A stretch of 64,000 bases of DNA from an uncultured Armatimonadia bacterium (GCA_963749155.1 CAVVLO010000001.1:64001-128000); one strand, 5' to 3'; shown: positions 9,700 through 20,109, numbered from the stretch's first letter. The notes: a model not told the origin generated them from the letters alone. Translations and numbers: made by a program.

Positions 9700-10392
9700 A
9701 TGGAGAAGCTACTAGTAATAGAAGATGATCAGAGTATCGCCAAGTCTATGGCTTACCGGCTGCGGCAGGAAGGCTACGAGGTCGAGATGGCGCACGATGG
9801 AGGGGCTGGGCTCACCAAGTTTCGGCAGTTCCAGCCCGACCTGGTGCTGCTTGATTTGATGCTGCCGGGTATGCCTGGGCTTGAGGTCTTCCGCGAACTG
9901 CGCCGCAAAACCGATGTGCCTGTAATCATTGTCACCGCCAAAGGTGAGGAAAGTGACCGGGTTACTGGGATAGAACTGGGTGCGGATGACTATATCGTAA
10001 AGCCGTTCTATATGAGAGAGCTGCTGGCCAGGCTCCGGATGATACTCAAACGTGCCCGTACAGGCGGCACCAAAGCAGTGGATGAATCTCAGGCCCCACT
10101 CAGGATTGGCGATCTGGTCATAGACCTGGCTGGCCACACGGTGCTTCTGCGCGGTCAGGAAGTCGAACTGCGCCGCAAGGAGTTCGCTCTGCTCGCTACT
10201 TTGGCGCGCAACCGGGGCCGCGTGCTCACCAGGACGCTCATCCTCGAACAGGCCTGGGGCGATGACCAGTATGTAGACGAACACACAGTTGATGTCCATG
10301 TAAGCTGGCTGAGGATGAAACTCGAAGATGAACCTCGCCAGCCTCGCAGGCTGGTCACCGTGCGCGGCGTCGGATACAAACTGGTGGGTTGA
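9700..10392 (+). CDS. phoB: OmpR-family response regulator, PhoB/PhoP type
   Basis: REC domain (LLDLMLP, GADDYIVKPF) plus winged-helix output (TVDVHVSWLR, TVRGVGY). Lies between phoA and a PhoR-like kinase. Confidence 0.85.
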   Translation: MEKLLVIEDDQSIAKSMAYRLRQEGYEVEMAHDGGAGLTKFRQFQPDLVLLDLMLPGMPGLEVFRELRRKTDVPVIIVTAKGEESDRVTGIELGADDYIVKPFYMRELLARLRMILKRARTGGTKAVDESQAPLRIGDLVIDLAGHTVLLRGQEVELRRKEFALLATLARNRGRVLTRTLILEQAWGDDQYVDEHTVDVHVSWLRMKLEDEPRQPRRLVTVRGVGYKLVG

Positions 10393-10395
10393 GCC

Positions 10396-11835
10396 ATGCT
10401 ACTGCGAGGGAAATTGATTTTGGGCTGTCTTGCGGTGCTTGCGGCCAGTCTTGCCGGCTTCCTCTGGCAGAATCCAGCGGCGACCCTGAGACCAAGTCTG
10501 GACGTCGAATTGACTCGGCAACTTGGAGAAGAATGGCTACTGGCGGCTTTCATTGGCCTCCTGCTTGGAGGGTTGGCCAGTTATCTGGTCTCTGGCCTGC
10601 TTGCAGAGCCTCTGGCAGCCCGTCTCGACAAGCTTGTCAGAGCTCTGACCCGTGCCCGTAAGGGCGAGTTGGACAGCCGGGTGGACGATCCAACTGGCGA
10701 TGAGATTGCCGCAGTAGGAGAGGCTTTCAACTGGCTGATGGATTCACTTGGAGAACAACTGGAAGAAGCCACTGGCGAGCAGCGGCAATTCCGGGGGCTC
10801 GTGGAAGAGATGCGCGAAGGGGTTGTGCTGGTAGATAATCTGGCCAGGCTGGTTTACTACAATCCGGCAGCAGCGCGCCTTCTGGGACTGGAAGGCGCCT
10901 CCGTCCTGGGGCGCGTTTTCGCCTATGTGGTACAGCAATGCCAACTTGCCGACGCCTTGCGCAGGGCACTTGAACTGGGCACGAGCACCGAGCTTGATGT
11001 CGTGACTTCCTATGCGGTCGAGCGAGTGCTGAAAGCGACCGCTTTCCCCGCCCGGCTTGGGGCCGAGGGCGCTTCTGGAGCCTGCCTTGTAATTCGCGAT
11101 ATCAGTCAGATGAAGCGACTGGAGACCGTCAGGCAGCAGTTTGTGGCCAATGCCTCCCACGAACTGCGTACCCCTCTTACAGCTATCCGCATAATCGCTG
11201 AAAGCCTGCAAGAGGGCGCTTTGAACGACCGCCAAGCAGCCAAAGGTTTCCTCGAGGACATCCTGGCGAACACTGACCGCCTGGCCAAACTGGTGGACGA
11301 TATGATGGAGCTGGCCAGGCTTGAGGCGCTCAAAGAAGAGCTGGAGCTGATAGAGCTGGCTTCTCTTGCGTCCCTGTGCATCGAGCGGATGACCCCGCTG
11401 GCAAAAGAACGCGGAGTTAGACTGAGCCTGACCGGAGAGCTCTCCAGGCTTGCACTGGGCAATTTGCGCAACCTCGAAAGCGCGCTTGTCAATGTGCTCG
11501 ATAATGCGCTCAAGTATGCGGCAAGTGGCAAGGAGATCACTGTAAAACTGGAAGAAGGCCAGTCCGAGGTATGCCTTGCCATTATAGATCATGGTCCAGG
11601 AATCCCTGCTGAAGAGCATGGGCGCGTGTTCGAGCGGTTCTGGCGGGTCGACAAAGCGCGTTCTCGCGAGCTCGGAGGCACGGGGCTCGGGCTCAGTATA
11701 GTCAAGCACGCGATGGACAATATGGGAGGACGTGTCTGGGTAGAAGCAACACCAGGGGGCGGAGCAACTTTCGTGTTGGTGCTTAAGCTGGCAGATGTCG
11801 CCGCTGAGGAGGTTGAAGAACCAGCCCTGTTTTGA
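10396..11835 (+). CDS. phoR: sensor histidine kinase (2TM-HAMP-PAS-HisKA-HATPase), PhoR type
   Basis: FVANASHELRTPLT, RVDKARSRELGGTGLGLSIVKH. Confidence 0.88.
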   Translation: MLLRGKLILGCLAVLAASLAGFLWQNPAATLRPSLDVELTRQLGEEWLLAAFIGLLLGGLASYLVSGLLAEPLAARLDKLVRALTRARKGELDSRVDDPTGDEIAAVGEAFNWLMDSLGEQLEEATGEQRQFRGLVEEMREGVVLVDNLARLVYYNPAAARLLGLEGASVLGRVFAYVVQQCQLADALRRALELGTSTELDVVTSYAVERVLKATAFPARLGAEGASGACLVIRDISQMKRLETVRQQFVANASHELRTPLTAIRIIAESLQEGALNDRQAAKGFLEDILANTDRLAKLVDDMMELARLEALKEELELIELASLASLCIERMTPLAKERGVRLSLTGELSRLALGNLRNLESALVNVLDNALKYAASGKEITVKLEEGQSEVCLAIIDHGPGIPAEEHGRVFERFWRVDKARSRELGGTGLGLSIVKHAMDNMGGRVWVEATPGGGATFVLVLKLADVAAEEVEEPALF

Positions 11836-11863
11836 TTACGGGCTTTGCTTGATCAGGAGTATG

Positions 11864-11894
11864 AGGCCAGCCTGAAAAGGGCTGGCCTTTCTTA
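11864..11894 (+). terminator. Rho-independent terminator after phoR
   Basis: AGGCCAGCCT-GAAA-AGGGCTGGCCT-TTCTT. Confidence 0.7.
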
Positions 11895-11964
11895 TGGTGT
11901 CAGTGTATGCACCCTCAGACTGGGCAAAGGCTTTCGCGGACTGGCTTGCAGGCTATCAACGGGG

Positions 11965-12000
11965 AAGGCCGGTATCCTGGGTGGAGGATACCGGCCTTTT
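11965..12000. terminator. hairpin downstream of the DUF1559 gene
   Basis: AAGGCCGGTATCCT-GGGTGG-AGGATACCGGCCTT perfect stem. Confidence 0.7.
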
Positions 12001-12033
12001 GCGCGGGGGCTGCGCTGGTTTAGACGGGCGGGG

Positions 12034-12984
12034 TTAGTTGACGAATCCGCTCAGATCGGCACGCCAGACCGAGGGGACACCAGGACAGGAATAAGCGCGC
12101 TTGCCCCACATGAAGTGGTCGGGGTTCAGCGTGGATTCGAGCTTCTCCCACTTGGCGTGGCCATCGGCGAAGACATAGTTGGCGCCGCCATTGTGCATCT
12201 CGGGATTGATGTAGCAGATATGGTGCTGGCCCATAGCATTGGCAGCTTCGGCGTTTGCGATGGAGGTCCAGCACTGGGCGGGCGAGAGAGCGATGACCGG
12301 GGTGCCAGACACATAAGACTCGCCATCGAAGACTGCGCCATTCATACTGACGGCGTTGGTCGGGCGATGCGACTTGATGGCGTCTCCACCGGTTGGCGAG
12401 CTATCCAGCAGGCACTGGATTTTGTTGGTGTACTCCGCGATAAGGATAGTCTCGGAGGCGGCTTCACAAGCGCCCAGCCGTACAACCTGCTGAGGGACGG
12501 TAGCATATTTCTTCCGGGGGATCAGCAGCTCGTTGGCGACATAGGAAAGACGCGGAGCCTGGATGTCGTTAAGCGGCCTGAGAGAAGACTGTCCTGGCGG
12601 CGGCTCAACTGGAGGAGTCGTGAAACAGGTGGGGGCCCAGCCACCGACTTCGTGCTCTGGGCAGACGAAGATGCCCCAGTTTTTGACATAGGGGGCGATC
12701 ATACCGCTCCACTGGATATAACCGTTGGCACTGGTGGCGCCGTTGACGTAGTAGTAGCTCGAAGGAAGGGTCTCGTCGTAGTCCTGGGCATACATCATAA
12801 GCCCAAGGCCAATTTGCTTCTGGTTGCTGAGACAGGCCGAGGAGCGAGCCTTGGCCCGGGCCCGGCCGAATACCGGGAAGAGGATGGCGGCGAGAATAGC
12901 AATGATGGCGATAACTACCAGCAGCTCTATGAGAGTGAAGCCTCTGGTCTTCGCCCTGTGACCTGGAGCGCGTTGGGTGGTCAT
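12034..12984 (-). CDS. prepilin-type N-terminal cleavage/methylation protein, DUF1559 / H-X9-DG family
   Basis: [36 protein letters not shown] and C-terminal [23 protein letters not shown] before ATG 12984. Confidence 0.93.
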   Translation of the reverse strand: MTTQRAPGHRAKTRGFTLIELLVVIAIIAILAAILFPVFGRARAKARSSACLSNQKQIGLGLMMYAQDYDETLPSSYYYVNGATSANGYIQWSGMIAPYVKNWGIFVCPEHEVGGWAPTCFTTPPVEPPPGQSSLRPLNDIQAPRLSYVANELLIPRKKYATVPQQVVRLGACEAASETILIAEYTNKIQCLLDSSPTGGDAIKSHRPTNAVSMNGAVFDGESYVSGTPVIALSPAQCWTSIANAEAANAMGQHHICYINPEMHNGGANYVFADGHAKWEKLESTLNPDHFMWGKRAYSCPGVPSVWRADLSGFVN

Positions 12985-13051
12985 TTGAGCGTGCCTCCTT
13001 ATGAGATATGGCCCTTTTGGGCCGTTGGATTCGGGTTTCCCCGTTGGCCCA

Positions 13052-13105
13052 ATCATAGGAAACGCGCTTCAACAGAAGGTTATCATCCAGCTAACCGAAG
13101 GTCAT
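13052..13105 (-). promoter_or_regulatory. putative Pho-box array plus -10 (TATGAT) for the DUF1559 gene
   Basis: Minus strand aTGAC-tTAGC-aTAAC-tTGAA at exact 11-bp period (plus-strand starts 13101, 13090, 13079, 13068), then TATGAT. Confidence 0.5.
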
Positions 13106-13229
13106 CTCGCTGCGAAGTTTATATGAGTTTTAGATTGCCTTTCGACCTGCCGTTCCTGCCAGTGGAGGAAGACAACTCCAGAGAGACAATTTCTGCATAC
13201 CGGCTCGCCTGACTGGCAGGAACGAGAGT

Positions 13230-13245
13230 ATACCCTTAGGGGTAT
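13230..13245. promoter_or_regulatory. CsoR-family operator 1
   Basis: Palindrome ATACCC-TTAG-GGGTAT resembling Bacillus-type CsoR/CstR operators. Confidence 0.8.
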
Positions 13246-13325
13246 TTGAGCTCAGGCTTCACAACCTTTGTCCCGCCAAGTTTTTACCGAAAACTTTTCG
13301 GGAACTGCCAGCCAGGGATTGCATG

Positions 13326-13354
13326 TTGCATACCCATACTGGTATAAGTATATG
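13326..13354 (+). promoter_or_regulatory. sigma70 promoter overlapped by CsoR-family operator 2
   Basis: TTGCAT-17bp-TATATG. ATACCCATACTGGTAT at 13330-13345, exactly 100 bp from operator 1. Confidence 0.75.
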
Positions 13355-13384
13355 TAGCTGACACCCAACAAGGTGGTGCGCTTT

Positions 13385-13672
13385 ATGAGTGAGAGCCAGA
13401 TGCCCGATGAGGCTGTAAAAGAACTGACTACCCGCCTGCATCGCATACAAGGCCAGTTGCGCGGCCTGGAAGCGATGGTGGCAGAGGGGCGCTCCTGTGA
13501 CGAGTTGCTCTCCCAGATGACCGCTGCCCTGCGCGCTTTGAAGTCCTGTGCCAGCGCGATGGCGCTTGCCGCGATGAAAGCCCGCTGCAGTTGTCACTCT
13601 GGCGAAAACGTTAATCCCGAAGAGGTACTGAGCTGTCTTGAGCCTTTGCTCGATCAGCTTGCCAAACTTTAG
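13385..13672 (+). CDS. CsoR/RcnR family metal- or sulfur-sensing repressor
   Basis: RLHRIQGQLRGLEAMV..RSC.ELLSQ signature. Confidence 0.9.
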   Translation: MSESQMPDEAVKELTTRLHRIQGQLRGLEAMVAEGRSCDELLSQMTAALRALKSCASAMALAAMKARCSCHSGENVNPEEVLSCLEPLLDQLAKL

Positions 13673-13698
13673 ACCCACGCAAGAAGGAGGAATCGGCG

Positions 13699-15399
13699 AT
13701 GTCTACTCAACGCCTTGCACTTTTGATGATTTTGCTGGCGGTCGCGGCCTTGCTCGCTGGAGGTTGCGGCGGCAAGGAAAAAGTCTCCAGCCATGAAGGC
13801 GGGCCCGTTGTGCCTGTCCAGACAGTCGAGGTGAAGGAAGCTCTGCTGCCTGTGAGCCTCGAGGCGACTGGTACAGTTATGGCAATCCGCCAGGCTGAAC
13901 TAGCCCCCAAACTGATGGCTCGCATCGAGGCCGTCTACGTTAAGGAAGGCGACCGGGTCAGGCGAGGTCAGGTGCTTGCCAGGCTGGAGTCGAGAGACCT
14001 TTCTGCAGGCGCGGCACTTGCTTCGGCTGGACTGAAAGGCGCCCAGGCTGCTCATTCACAGGCCCAGGTTGGGCTGACCATGCAGCGCACCAAGTCGGCG
14101 GTTGATGTAGCTCAGGCTGAGGCAGCCCTCGAGCAGGCCAAGGCCCAGCTAGCCAAGGCCAGGCAGGGGCCGCGTCCCGAACAGGTAAAGCAGGCCGAGG
14201 ACGCCGAAGCGCGCGCGAAGGCGGGGTATGAGGAAGCGCAGGCTTATCTCAGCCTGACCAAAGAAGGCGCTCGCTCGCAGGAAAAGCGCCAGGCCGAGCA
14301 GGGAGTCATCTCTGCCCAGCAACAGGTGACCCAGGCTCAGGCGGGTCTTTCAACCGCCAAGGCGGCCCTCTCGACCACCCAGAGAGACTATGACCGGATC
14401 AAGTCACTTTTCGATCAGGATGTCGTGCCTCGCCAGCAGCTCGATCACGCGAAACTTCAGCTTGATATGGCCCAGAATACTGTGAAGCAGGCTGAAGCTG
14501 GCGTAAAGCAAGCCCAGGCAGGCCTCTCCATCGCCAAGGAACAGCAAAGCATCGCGATGCAGGGCGCCAGGACGCAGGAAGTTTTCGCGGCCGAGCAGCG
14601 CGTTGCACAGGCGAAAGCCGCCTGGCAGCAGTCCCAGCAGGAAGTCGTAATGGCCAAACAAGGCGGGCGCTGGGAAGATGTAACCACCGCCCAGCAGGCT
14701 GTTACCCAGGCCGAGCAGGCACTGCGCGCCGCCAAGGCTGCCGAGGGACGCGACAAGGTCAGCCAGGAGGACGTAAAACGCGCCTCGGCGGGTATCTCGC
14801 AAGCGCGCGCTGGAGTCCAGTCGGCCTCCGCTATGTTGAGCTACGCGACCATTACGGCGCCCTTCGAGGGCATAATCACTCGCCGGAGCGCCGATCCGGG
14901 CGATATGGCCTCGCCGGGGATGCCCTTCCTCTTTATGGATGATGATTCGCTTTACCAGGTTGTAGCGACGGTGCCCGAAAGCGATGCCGGGGTGCTGCGG
15001 CTTGGCCAGCAGGTCAGTCTGCAACTGGCCTCTCTTGGCATCACTTTGACAGGCCCGGTTGCGACTCTCGTGCCAGGCGTAGATGCGGCTACTCGGACGA
15101 TGACGGTAAAGGCCAACTTGCCCAGACGTCACAACCTGAAGAGTGGTCTTTTCGGCACTCTCAAGGTCACCAAGGCCAAACAGATGGGTCTGATTGTGCC
15201 CAAAGAGGCTGTCTTCGAACGCGATGGCCTGACCAAGGCTTACACGGTGGATGAGGCTGGCGTGGCCAGACTTGCACTGGTCAAGCTTGGTCGCGAATAC
15301 GAAGGTAATATCGAGATACTGAGTGGTCTTGCCAAGGGTCAGACCGTAATCGTGGCGCCCCCTGCCACTCTGCGCGAAGGAATGCCAGTCTCCAGGTAG
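13699..15399 (+). CDS. RND efflux periplasmic adaptor (MFP) with long coiled coil, lipoprotein
   Basis: Lipobox LAGGC, VKEGDRV and ITAPFEG lipoyl motifs, extended heptad region. Confidence 0.9.
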   Translation: MSTQRLALLMILLAVAALLAGGCGGKEKVSSHEGGPVVPVQTVEVKEALLPVSLEATGTVMAIRQAELAPKLMARIEAVYVKEGDRVRRGQVLARLESRDLSAGAALASAGLKGAQAAHSQAQVGLTMQRTKSAVDVAQAEAALEQAKAQLAKARQGPRPEQVKQAEDAEARAKAGYEEAQAYLSLTKEGARSQEKRQAEQGVISAQQQVTQAQAGLSTAKAALSTTQRDYDRIKSLFDQDVVPRQQLDHAKLQLDMAQNTVKQAEAGVKQAQAGLSIAKEQQSIAMQGARTQEVFAAEQRVAQAKAAWQQSQQEVVMAKQGGRWEDVTTAQQAVTQAEQALRAAKAAEGRDKVSQEDVKRASAGISQARAGVQSASAMLSYATITAPFEGIITRRSADPGDMASPGMPFLFMDDDSLYQVVATVPESDAGVLRLGQQVSLQLASLGITLTGPVATLVPGVDAATRTMTVKANLPRRHNLKSGLFGTLKVTKAKQMGLIVPKEAVFERDGLTKAYTVDEAGVARLALVKLGREYEGNIEILSGLAKGQTVIVAPPATLREGMPVSR

Positions 15400-15412
15400 G
15401 AGGTGAGCCGTA

Positions 15413-18400
15413 ATGAAGCCCAGACAACTTGGGATAGCGGGCAAACTGGCCCGGATGTTCATCAATAACAGGCTCACCCCGCTGCTGATTATCATATCAA
15501 TAGCCGCGGGCATCCTTGCCACGCTCGCACTGCCGCGCGAGGAAGAGCCCCAAATTGTAGTGCCGATGATTGATATCCTCGTCGGGTACCCCGGCGCGAC
15601 CCCCAAAGAAGTCGAATCGCGGGTCGTGGATCCGCTCGAGAAACTGCTCTGGGAAGTCAAAGGCGTCGAGTACATTTACAGTACTTCGATGCCTGGCCAG
15701 GCGATGCTGATTGTTCGCTTCAAAGTGGGCGAAAACGAAGAGGACAGCCTGGTCAAGCTGTATCACAAACTCTTCGCCAATCTGGACAAGACGGCTCCAG
15801 GGGTAACCCAGCCTCTCATCAAGATGCGCTCAATCTACGATGTGCCCATCCTGGCGCTTACCTTGTGGAGCGACAAGTATTCGCCAATGGAACTCCGGCG
15901 GATGGCCTCTCAGGTGCTTTGCACCGAGCTCAAACAGGTGAAGGACGTCTCCGAGACAACCATCATCGGCGGGCAGCGCCGGCAGCTCCGGGTGGATTTG
16001 GACCCGGCCAGGCTGGCTGGTTACAACATGTCGGCCGGGCTGATTTACAAACAGCTCCAGGCCGCCAACCACCAGCTAGATGCGGGCAGTATCGCTCAGG
16101 ACAACACCGAGTTCGCAATCAAGGCGGGCAATTTCCTGGCCACTGTTGATGATGTGGCCAACGTGGTCGTGGGCGTTTTCGGGGGAAGGCCCATCAAGCT
16201 GGGCGAAGTCGCCGAAGTATATGATGGGGCGGAAGATCCCTCCCAGTATGTGCTCTTTGGCCCTGGTCCCGCGGGCGAGGAGAAGGGCATCAACACGGAG
16301 GAGTTCCAGGTTGGCAGCCAGTACAACGCGGTCACTCTCTCGATTGCCAAGCACAAAGGCGCCAATGCCATCAACGTCGTAGATGGCGTGATGGAGAAGG
16401 TGCGCGAGCTGCAGGCGAAGGAACTGCCCAGTGACGTCCACCTGACTGTGACGCGCGATTATGGCGAGACGGCGGCGGAAAAGTCCAACGAGCTGCTCTT
16501 CCATATGTTGCTTGCGGTCGTGTCCGTGGTAATCCTCATCGCGCTGGTCCTCGGCTTCCGGGAGGCGCTGGTTGTTGCGCTGGCAGTGCCGGTCACTCTG
16601 GCGCTCACGATGCTTATCTTCTATCTCTATGACTACACCCTCAACCGGGTGACCCTGTTTGCGCTGGTATTCAGCATAGGTATCCTCGTGGACGATGCCA
16701 TCGTAATCGTCGAGAACATTGTCCGCCACTACCGGATGCCCCAGAACAAAGGTCGCTCGGCCGCGGACGTGGCCGTCGAAGCGGTGGATGAGGTTGGCAA
16801 CCCGACCATCCTTGCGACAATGGCCGTTATCGCGGCGATTATGCCGATGGCCTTCGTCGGCGGGATGATGGGCCCCTATATGGAGCCAATCCCCGTGGGC
16901 GCGACGGCGGCGATGATTTTTTCGATGTTCATCGCCTTTATGGTCTCCCCCTGGGCCGCCTACCGATTGCTGAGGCGTGACCTCGAGCATCAGGAGAGCG
17001 GCAAGAGTCACGAGAAGGCCGACGAGTTGCTCTGTCGCACTTACAACCGATTCGAGTTGCCGCTGCTGAAAAGTCGCAAGAAGCGCTGGCTCTTCCTGGG
17101 CGGGCTTACGGCGGCGTTAATCCTGTCGGCGCTGCTCTTCCCGACCAAGGGCGTCATTATGAAGATGCTGCCCTTCGACAACAAGAGCGAGCTTCAACTG
17201 GTCGTCAATGCGCCTGAGAGCTACACGCTGGAACGCACTCTGGCCGCGGCGCAAGACCTGGCCGCTTACATTTCCGAGCTGCCCGAAGTGACCGATTATC
17301 AGGTCTATGTGGGCACCTCGGCGCCCTTCAACTTCAACGGGCTGGTGCGTCACTACTACCTGCGGCAGGGGGGCAATGTCGCCGACCTGCAAATCAACTT
17401 CGTGAACAAGAAAGACCGCAAGCGCCAGTCGCACGAGATCGCCAAGAGCCTGCGCGAGCCGCTCCAGCAGATCGCCGCCAAACACGGTGTGGTGCTGCAA
17501 GTGGCCGAAGTGCCGCCTGGCCCGCCCGTCATCGCGACCATCGTCAGTGAAGTATACGGTCCGGACTATGAGCGCCAGATGGAAATCGCTCGCCAGGTGG
17601 AGCAGGTCTTCCGCGCCGAACCTACAGTGGCTGATGTGGACACCTTCATCGAAGATGACCAGGTCGAATACAACTTTGCCGTGGACCAGGAGAAAGCCGC
17701 CCTCAATGGTATCGATGTCGAACAGGCGACGATGACGCTGGCGATGGCCGTCCATGGAGGCTCGGCCGGTCTGGCGCATCAACCTGCCGAAGAGGAGCAA
17801 CTGAGCATCAACTTGCGCGTCCCTCTGGCCGAACGCAGCAGCGTGACTGACCTTTCTCAGATCCGCCTGCAAGCTCAGGACGGGCGACTGGTGCCGCTTT
17901 CCGAACTGGTTACTATCGAACAACGCATACGCGCCAAGAGCATCTACCACAAGAATCTGCAGCCGGTCGTCTACGTAACCGGCGAGGTTATCGGGCGCGC
18001 CGAAAGCCCTGTCTACAGCATCCTGAAGCTGCGCAAGGCAATGGCCGAACTCAAGCTGCCCGAAGGCTATGCGCTGAACGAGTACTGGACGAAGCAGCCC
18101 TTCTCAACTGAAGAGCACGGGATGAAGTGGGACGGCGAGTGGCAGATCACCTTCGAGGTGTTCCGCGACCTGGGCATCGCCTTCGCCGCCGTGTTGCTGT
18201 TGATTTATGCGCTGGTGACTGGCTGGTTCCAGTCTTTCAAGACGCCGATCGCAATAATGGCGGTCATCCCGCTTTCGCTCATCGGCATCATCCCGGCTCA
18301 CTGGGCGCTGGGGGCTTTCTTCACGGCGACCTCGATGATCGGCTTTATCGCCGGCGCGGGCATTGTGGTGAGGAACTCCATCATCCTGGTGGACTTCGTC

Positions 18401-18727
18401 GAGATGCGCCAACGAGAAGGGCTTGGCCTTGTCGAGGCCTGCCTGGATGCGGGCGCGACGCGCTTCAGGCCTATCTTGCTGACTGCGCTGGCAGTGGCTG
18501 TTGCGGCTATCGTCATCCTGTTCGACCCGATTTTCCAGGGGATGGCAGTCGCGCTGATGGCGGGCGAGCTTTCGGCAGTTATCTTCGCCCCACTGGCTGT
18601 GCCAGTCCTTTACTATATGCTCGTGCATCGCGAGTGCCTTGACGCTGACGGGAAAGCTTGCCCTACTACGCCTGAGAAGCCTGAAGATGGAGCTCCGCCT
18701 GCTGCAGATGAGACGATCGAGGAGTGA
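15413..18727 (+). CDS. RND efflux permease (AcrB/CusA family)
   Basis: PREEEPQI, GILVDDAIVIVENI, RFRPILLT. Confidence 0.95.
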   Translation: MKPRQLGIAGKLARMFINNRLTPLLIIISIAAGILATLALPREEEPQIVVPMIDILVGYPGATPKEVESRVVDPLEKLLWEVKGVEYIYSTSMPGQAMLIVRFKVGENEEDSLVKLYHKLFANLDKTAPGVTQPLIKMRSIYDVPILALTLWSDKYSPMELRRMASQVLCTELKQVKDVSETTIIGGQRRQLRVDLDPARLAGYNMSAGLIYKQLQAANHQLDAGSIAQDNTEFAIKAGNFLATVDDVANVVVGVFGGRPIKLGEVAEVYDGAEDPSQYVLFGPGPAGEEKGINTEEFQVGSQYNAVTLSIAKHKGANAINVVDGVMEKVRELQAKELPSDVHLTVTRDYGETAAEKSNELLFHMLLAVVSVVILIALVLGFREALVVALAVPVTLALTMLIFYLYDYTLNRVTLFALVFSIGILVDDAIVIVENIVRHYRMPQNKGRSAADVAVEAVDEVGNPTILATMAVIAAIMPMAFVGGMMGPYMEPIPVGATAAMIFSMFIAFMVSPWAAYRLLRRDLEHQESGKSHEKADELLCRTYNRFELPLLKSRKKRWLFLGGLTAALILSALLFPTKGVIMKMLPFDNKSELQLVVNAPESYTLERTLAAAQDLAAYISELPEVTDYQVYVGTSAPFNFNGLVRHYYLRQGGNVADLQINFVNKKDRKRQSHEIAKSLREPLQQIAAKHGVVLQVAEVPPGPPVIATIVSEVYGPDYERQMEIARQVEQVFRAEPTVADVDTFIEDDQVEYNFAVDQEKAALNGIDVEQATMTLAMAVHGGSAGLAHQPAEEEQLSINLRVPLAERSSVTDLSQIRLQAQDGRLVPLSELVTIEQRIRAKSIYHKNLQPVVYVTGEVIGRAESPVYSILKLRKAMAELKLPEGYALNEYWTKQPFSTEEHGMKWDGEWQITFEVFRDLGIAFAAVLLLIYALVTGWFQSFKTPIAIMAVIPLSLIGIIPAHWALGAFFTATSMIGFIAGAGIVVRNSIILVDFVEMRQREGLGLVEACLDAGATRFRPILLTALAVAVAAIVILFDPIFQGMAVALMAGELSAVIFAPLAVPVLYYMLVHRECLDADGKACPTTPEKPEDGAPPAADETIEE

Positions 18728-18732
18728 TTTTG

Positions 18733-20109
18733 ATGAGACTAACCTCTACGCTGCTAGTTGCGTTGTTGCTTGCTACACTTGGGCTTGTCGCCCTTGCCGA
18801 GGAGCAGGTTGCCCCCGAGGCGCCTGAGCCCTGGAGCCTTCAGTCGGTGGTGGAGCGTACTCTTGCCGCCTCGCCCCAGCTTGCGGCGGCCAGGCAAGAA
18901 GTCGCGCTTGCCAAAGCTCAACTTGGAGAGGCTGTCTCCTATGGCAAGCCCCAGGTGAAGGCCCAACTCGGATATATCCAGTTGGACAAGGACCCGACCT
19001 TCAAAGTGGCCGGGTTCGGCACGATGACTTTTGGAGAGGCGGATAATCCCTTCTCCAACGTCGCCTTCGAACTGCCCCTTTACACCAGCGGCCAGCTTGA
19101 AAACCTGAAAAAGGCCGCCAGGCATGGAGTAGAAGCCGCAGGCTTCAGCTACGAGCGCGCCGTGCAGGAACTGGCCGCCGAGGCTGCGGTCGCGTGGTTC
19201 CAGGCTCAGACGGCTGCCCAATATATCCAGGTGCTGGAATCTCAACAGACCACGCTCGAGGAAGCCGTCCGGGTTGCCAAGGCGCTTTACATTGAAGGCC
19301 TCGTCGCCAAGGTGGATGTGCTGAGGGCCGAATCCGAACTCGCCAGCGCCCAGGCCTCGCTCACCAAGGCCAGGTCAGGCTTCGGCACGGCTTTGGCTAA
19401 TCTGCGTCGGTTGATGGCGCTGCCCGAGGAGGCGCAAATCAGCCTCTCGGCGCCCGACAGTGGCCAGTTGTTGCTTCCCGAAGGCGAGCTGACCTTGAGC
19501 CGGGCGCTTGAGCTTCGCCCAGAACTCAGGCAACTGGATGCCTATCAGCGCGCTGCGCTGGCGCAGGCTTCCGCAGCCAGGGCTGGCTTGCGTCCTCAGG
19601 TAGGGGTGCAGGCCCAGTGGGATTTCGAGCGGCCCACTACCCATCCCATCTATGGCGACTGGACGCTTGCTGTCGTACTCAGTCAGGCGATTCTCGATGG
19701 CGGTCAGACGAAATCCAAAGCCAAACAGGCTGAAGCTCAGGCAGAACAAGTCGCGGCTAACGCCGAAGCGCTGGCTCAGGGGATTGCGTTGCAGGTTGAG
19801 AAAGCCCACCTCGATGTGGTCGCTGCCGAGGAGAGGCTTCAGGCTACAGAGCAAGCCACCCTGGCCGCGCAGGAAGCCTTCCGGCTGGCTGAAATCGGCT
19901 ACCGCAATCAGGTAAGCTCGATGCTGGAGGTGCTGATGGCACAGACTGCCCTGACCAACACGCGCGTCCAGTGGGCTGTTGCAGATTTTGACCGCAACAC
20001 CGCCAAGGTAGCCCTGCTGCTTGCCTGCGGCTTGCTACCCGAACCGCTTGTCTCACCCGCCCCGGCTGTGGTAACACTTAGCAGCCCCGAAGAGGGCGCG
20101 GGAGGCTAA
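18733..20109 (+). CDS. TolC family outer membrane efflux protein
   Basis: Signal peptide, two OEP repeats (LPLYTSG, AILDGG), position in the RND operon. Confidence 0.88.
   Translation: MRLTSTLLVALLLATLGLVALAEEQVAPEAPEPWSLQSVVERTLAASPQLAAARQEVALAKAQLGEAVSYGKPQVKAQLGYIQLDKDPTFKVAGFGTMTFGEADNPFSNVAFELPLYTSGQLENLKKAARHGVEAAGFSYERAVQELAAEAAVAWFQAQTAAQYIQVLESQQTTLEEAVRVAKALYIEGLVAKVDVLRAESELASAQASLTKARSGFGTALANLRRLMALPEEAQISLSAPDSGQLLLPEGELTLSRALELRPELRQLDAYQRAALAQASAARAGLRPQVGVQAQWDFERPTTHPIYGDWTLAVVLSQAILDGGQTKSKAKQAEAQAEQVAANAEALAQGIALQVEKAHLDVVAAEERLQATEQATLAAQEAFRLAEIGYRNQVSSMLEVLMAQTALTNTRVQWAVADFDRNTAKVALLLACGLLPEPLVSPAPAVVTLSSPEEGAGG

Noticed and set aside
12990..13050. c-di-GMP or other known riboswitch ahead of the DUF1559 gene
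   Set aside because: Only two small hairpins (CGGG-GAAA-CCCG, GGCCC-AAAA-GGGCC) are present, and I could not match a riboswitch consensus.
11845..13212. 455-aa plus-strand ORF
   Set aside because: Antisense shadow of the DUF1559 gene. It runs through terminators and has no recognisable motif.
14404..15675. 423-aa minus-strand ORF, and similar long antisense ORFs (50068..51228, 42766..43812, 4777..5724)
   Set aside because: They lie opposite well-supported genes and are expected from high-GC codon bias.
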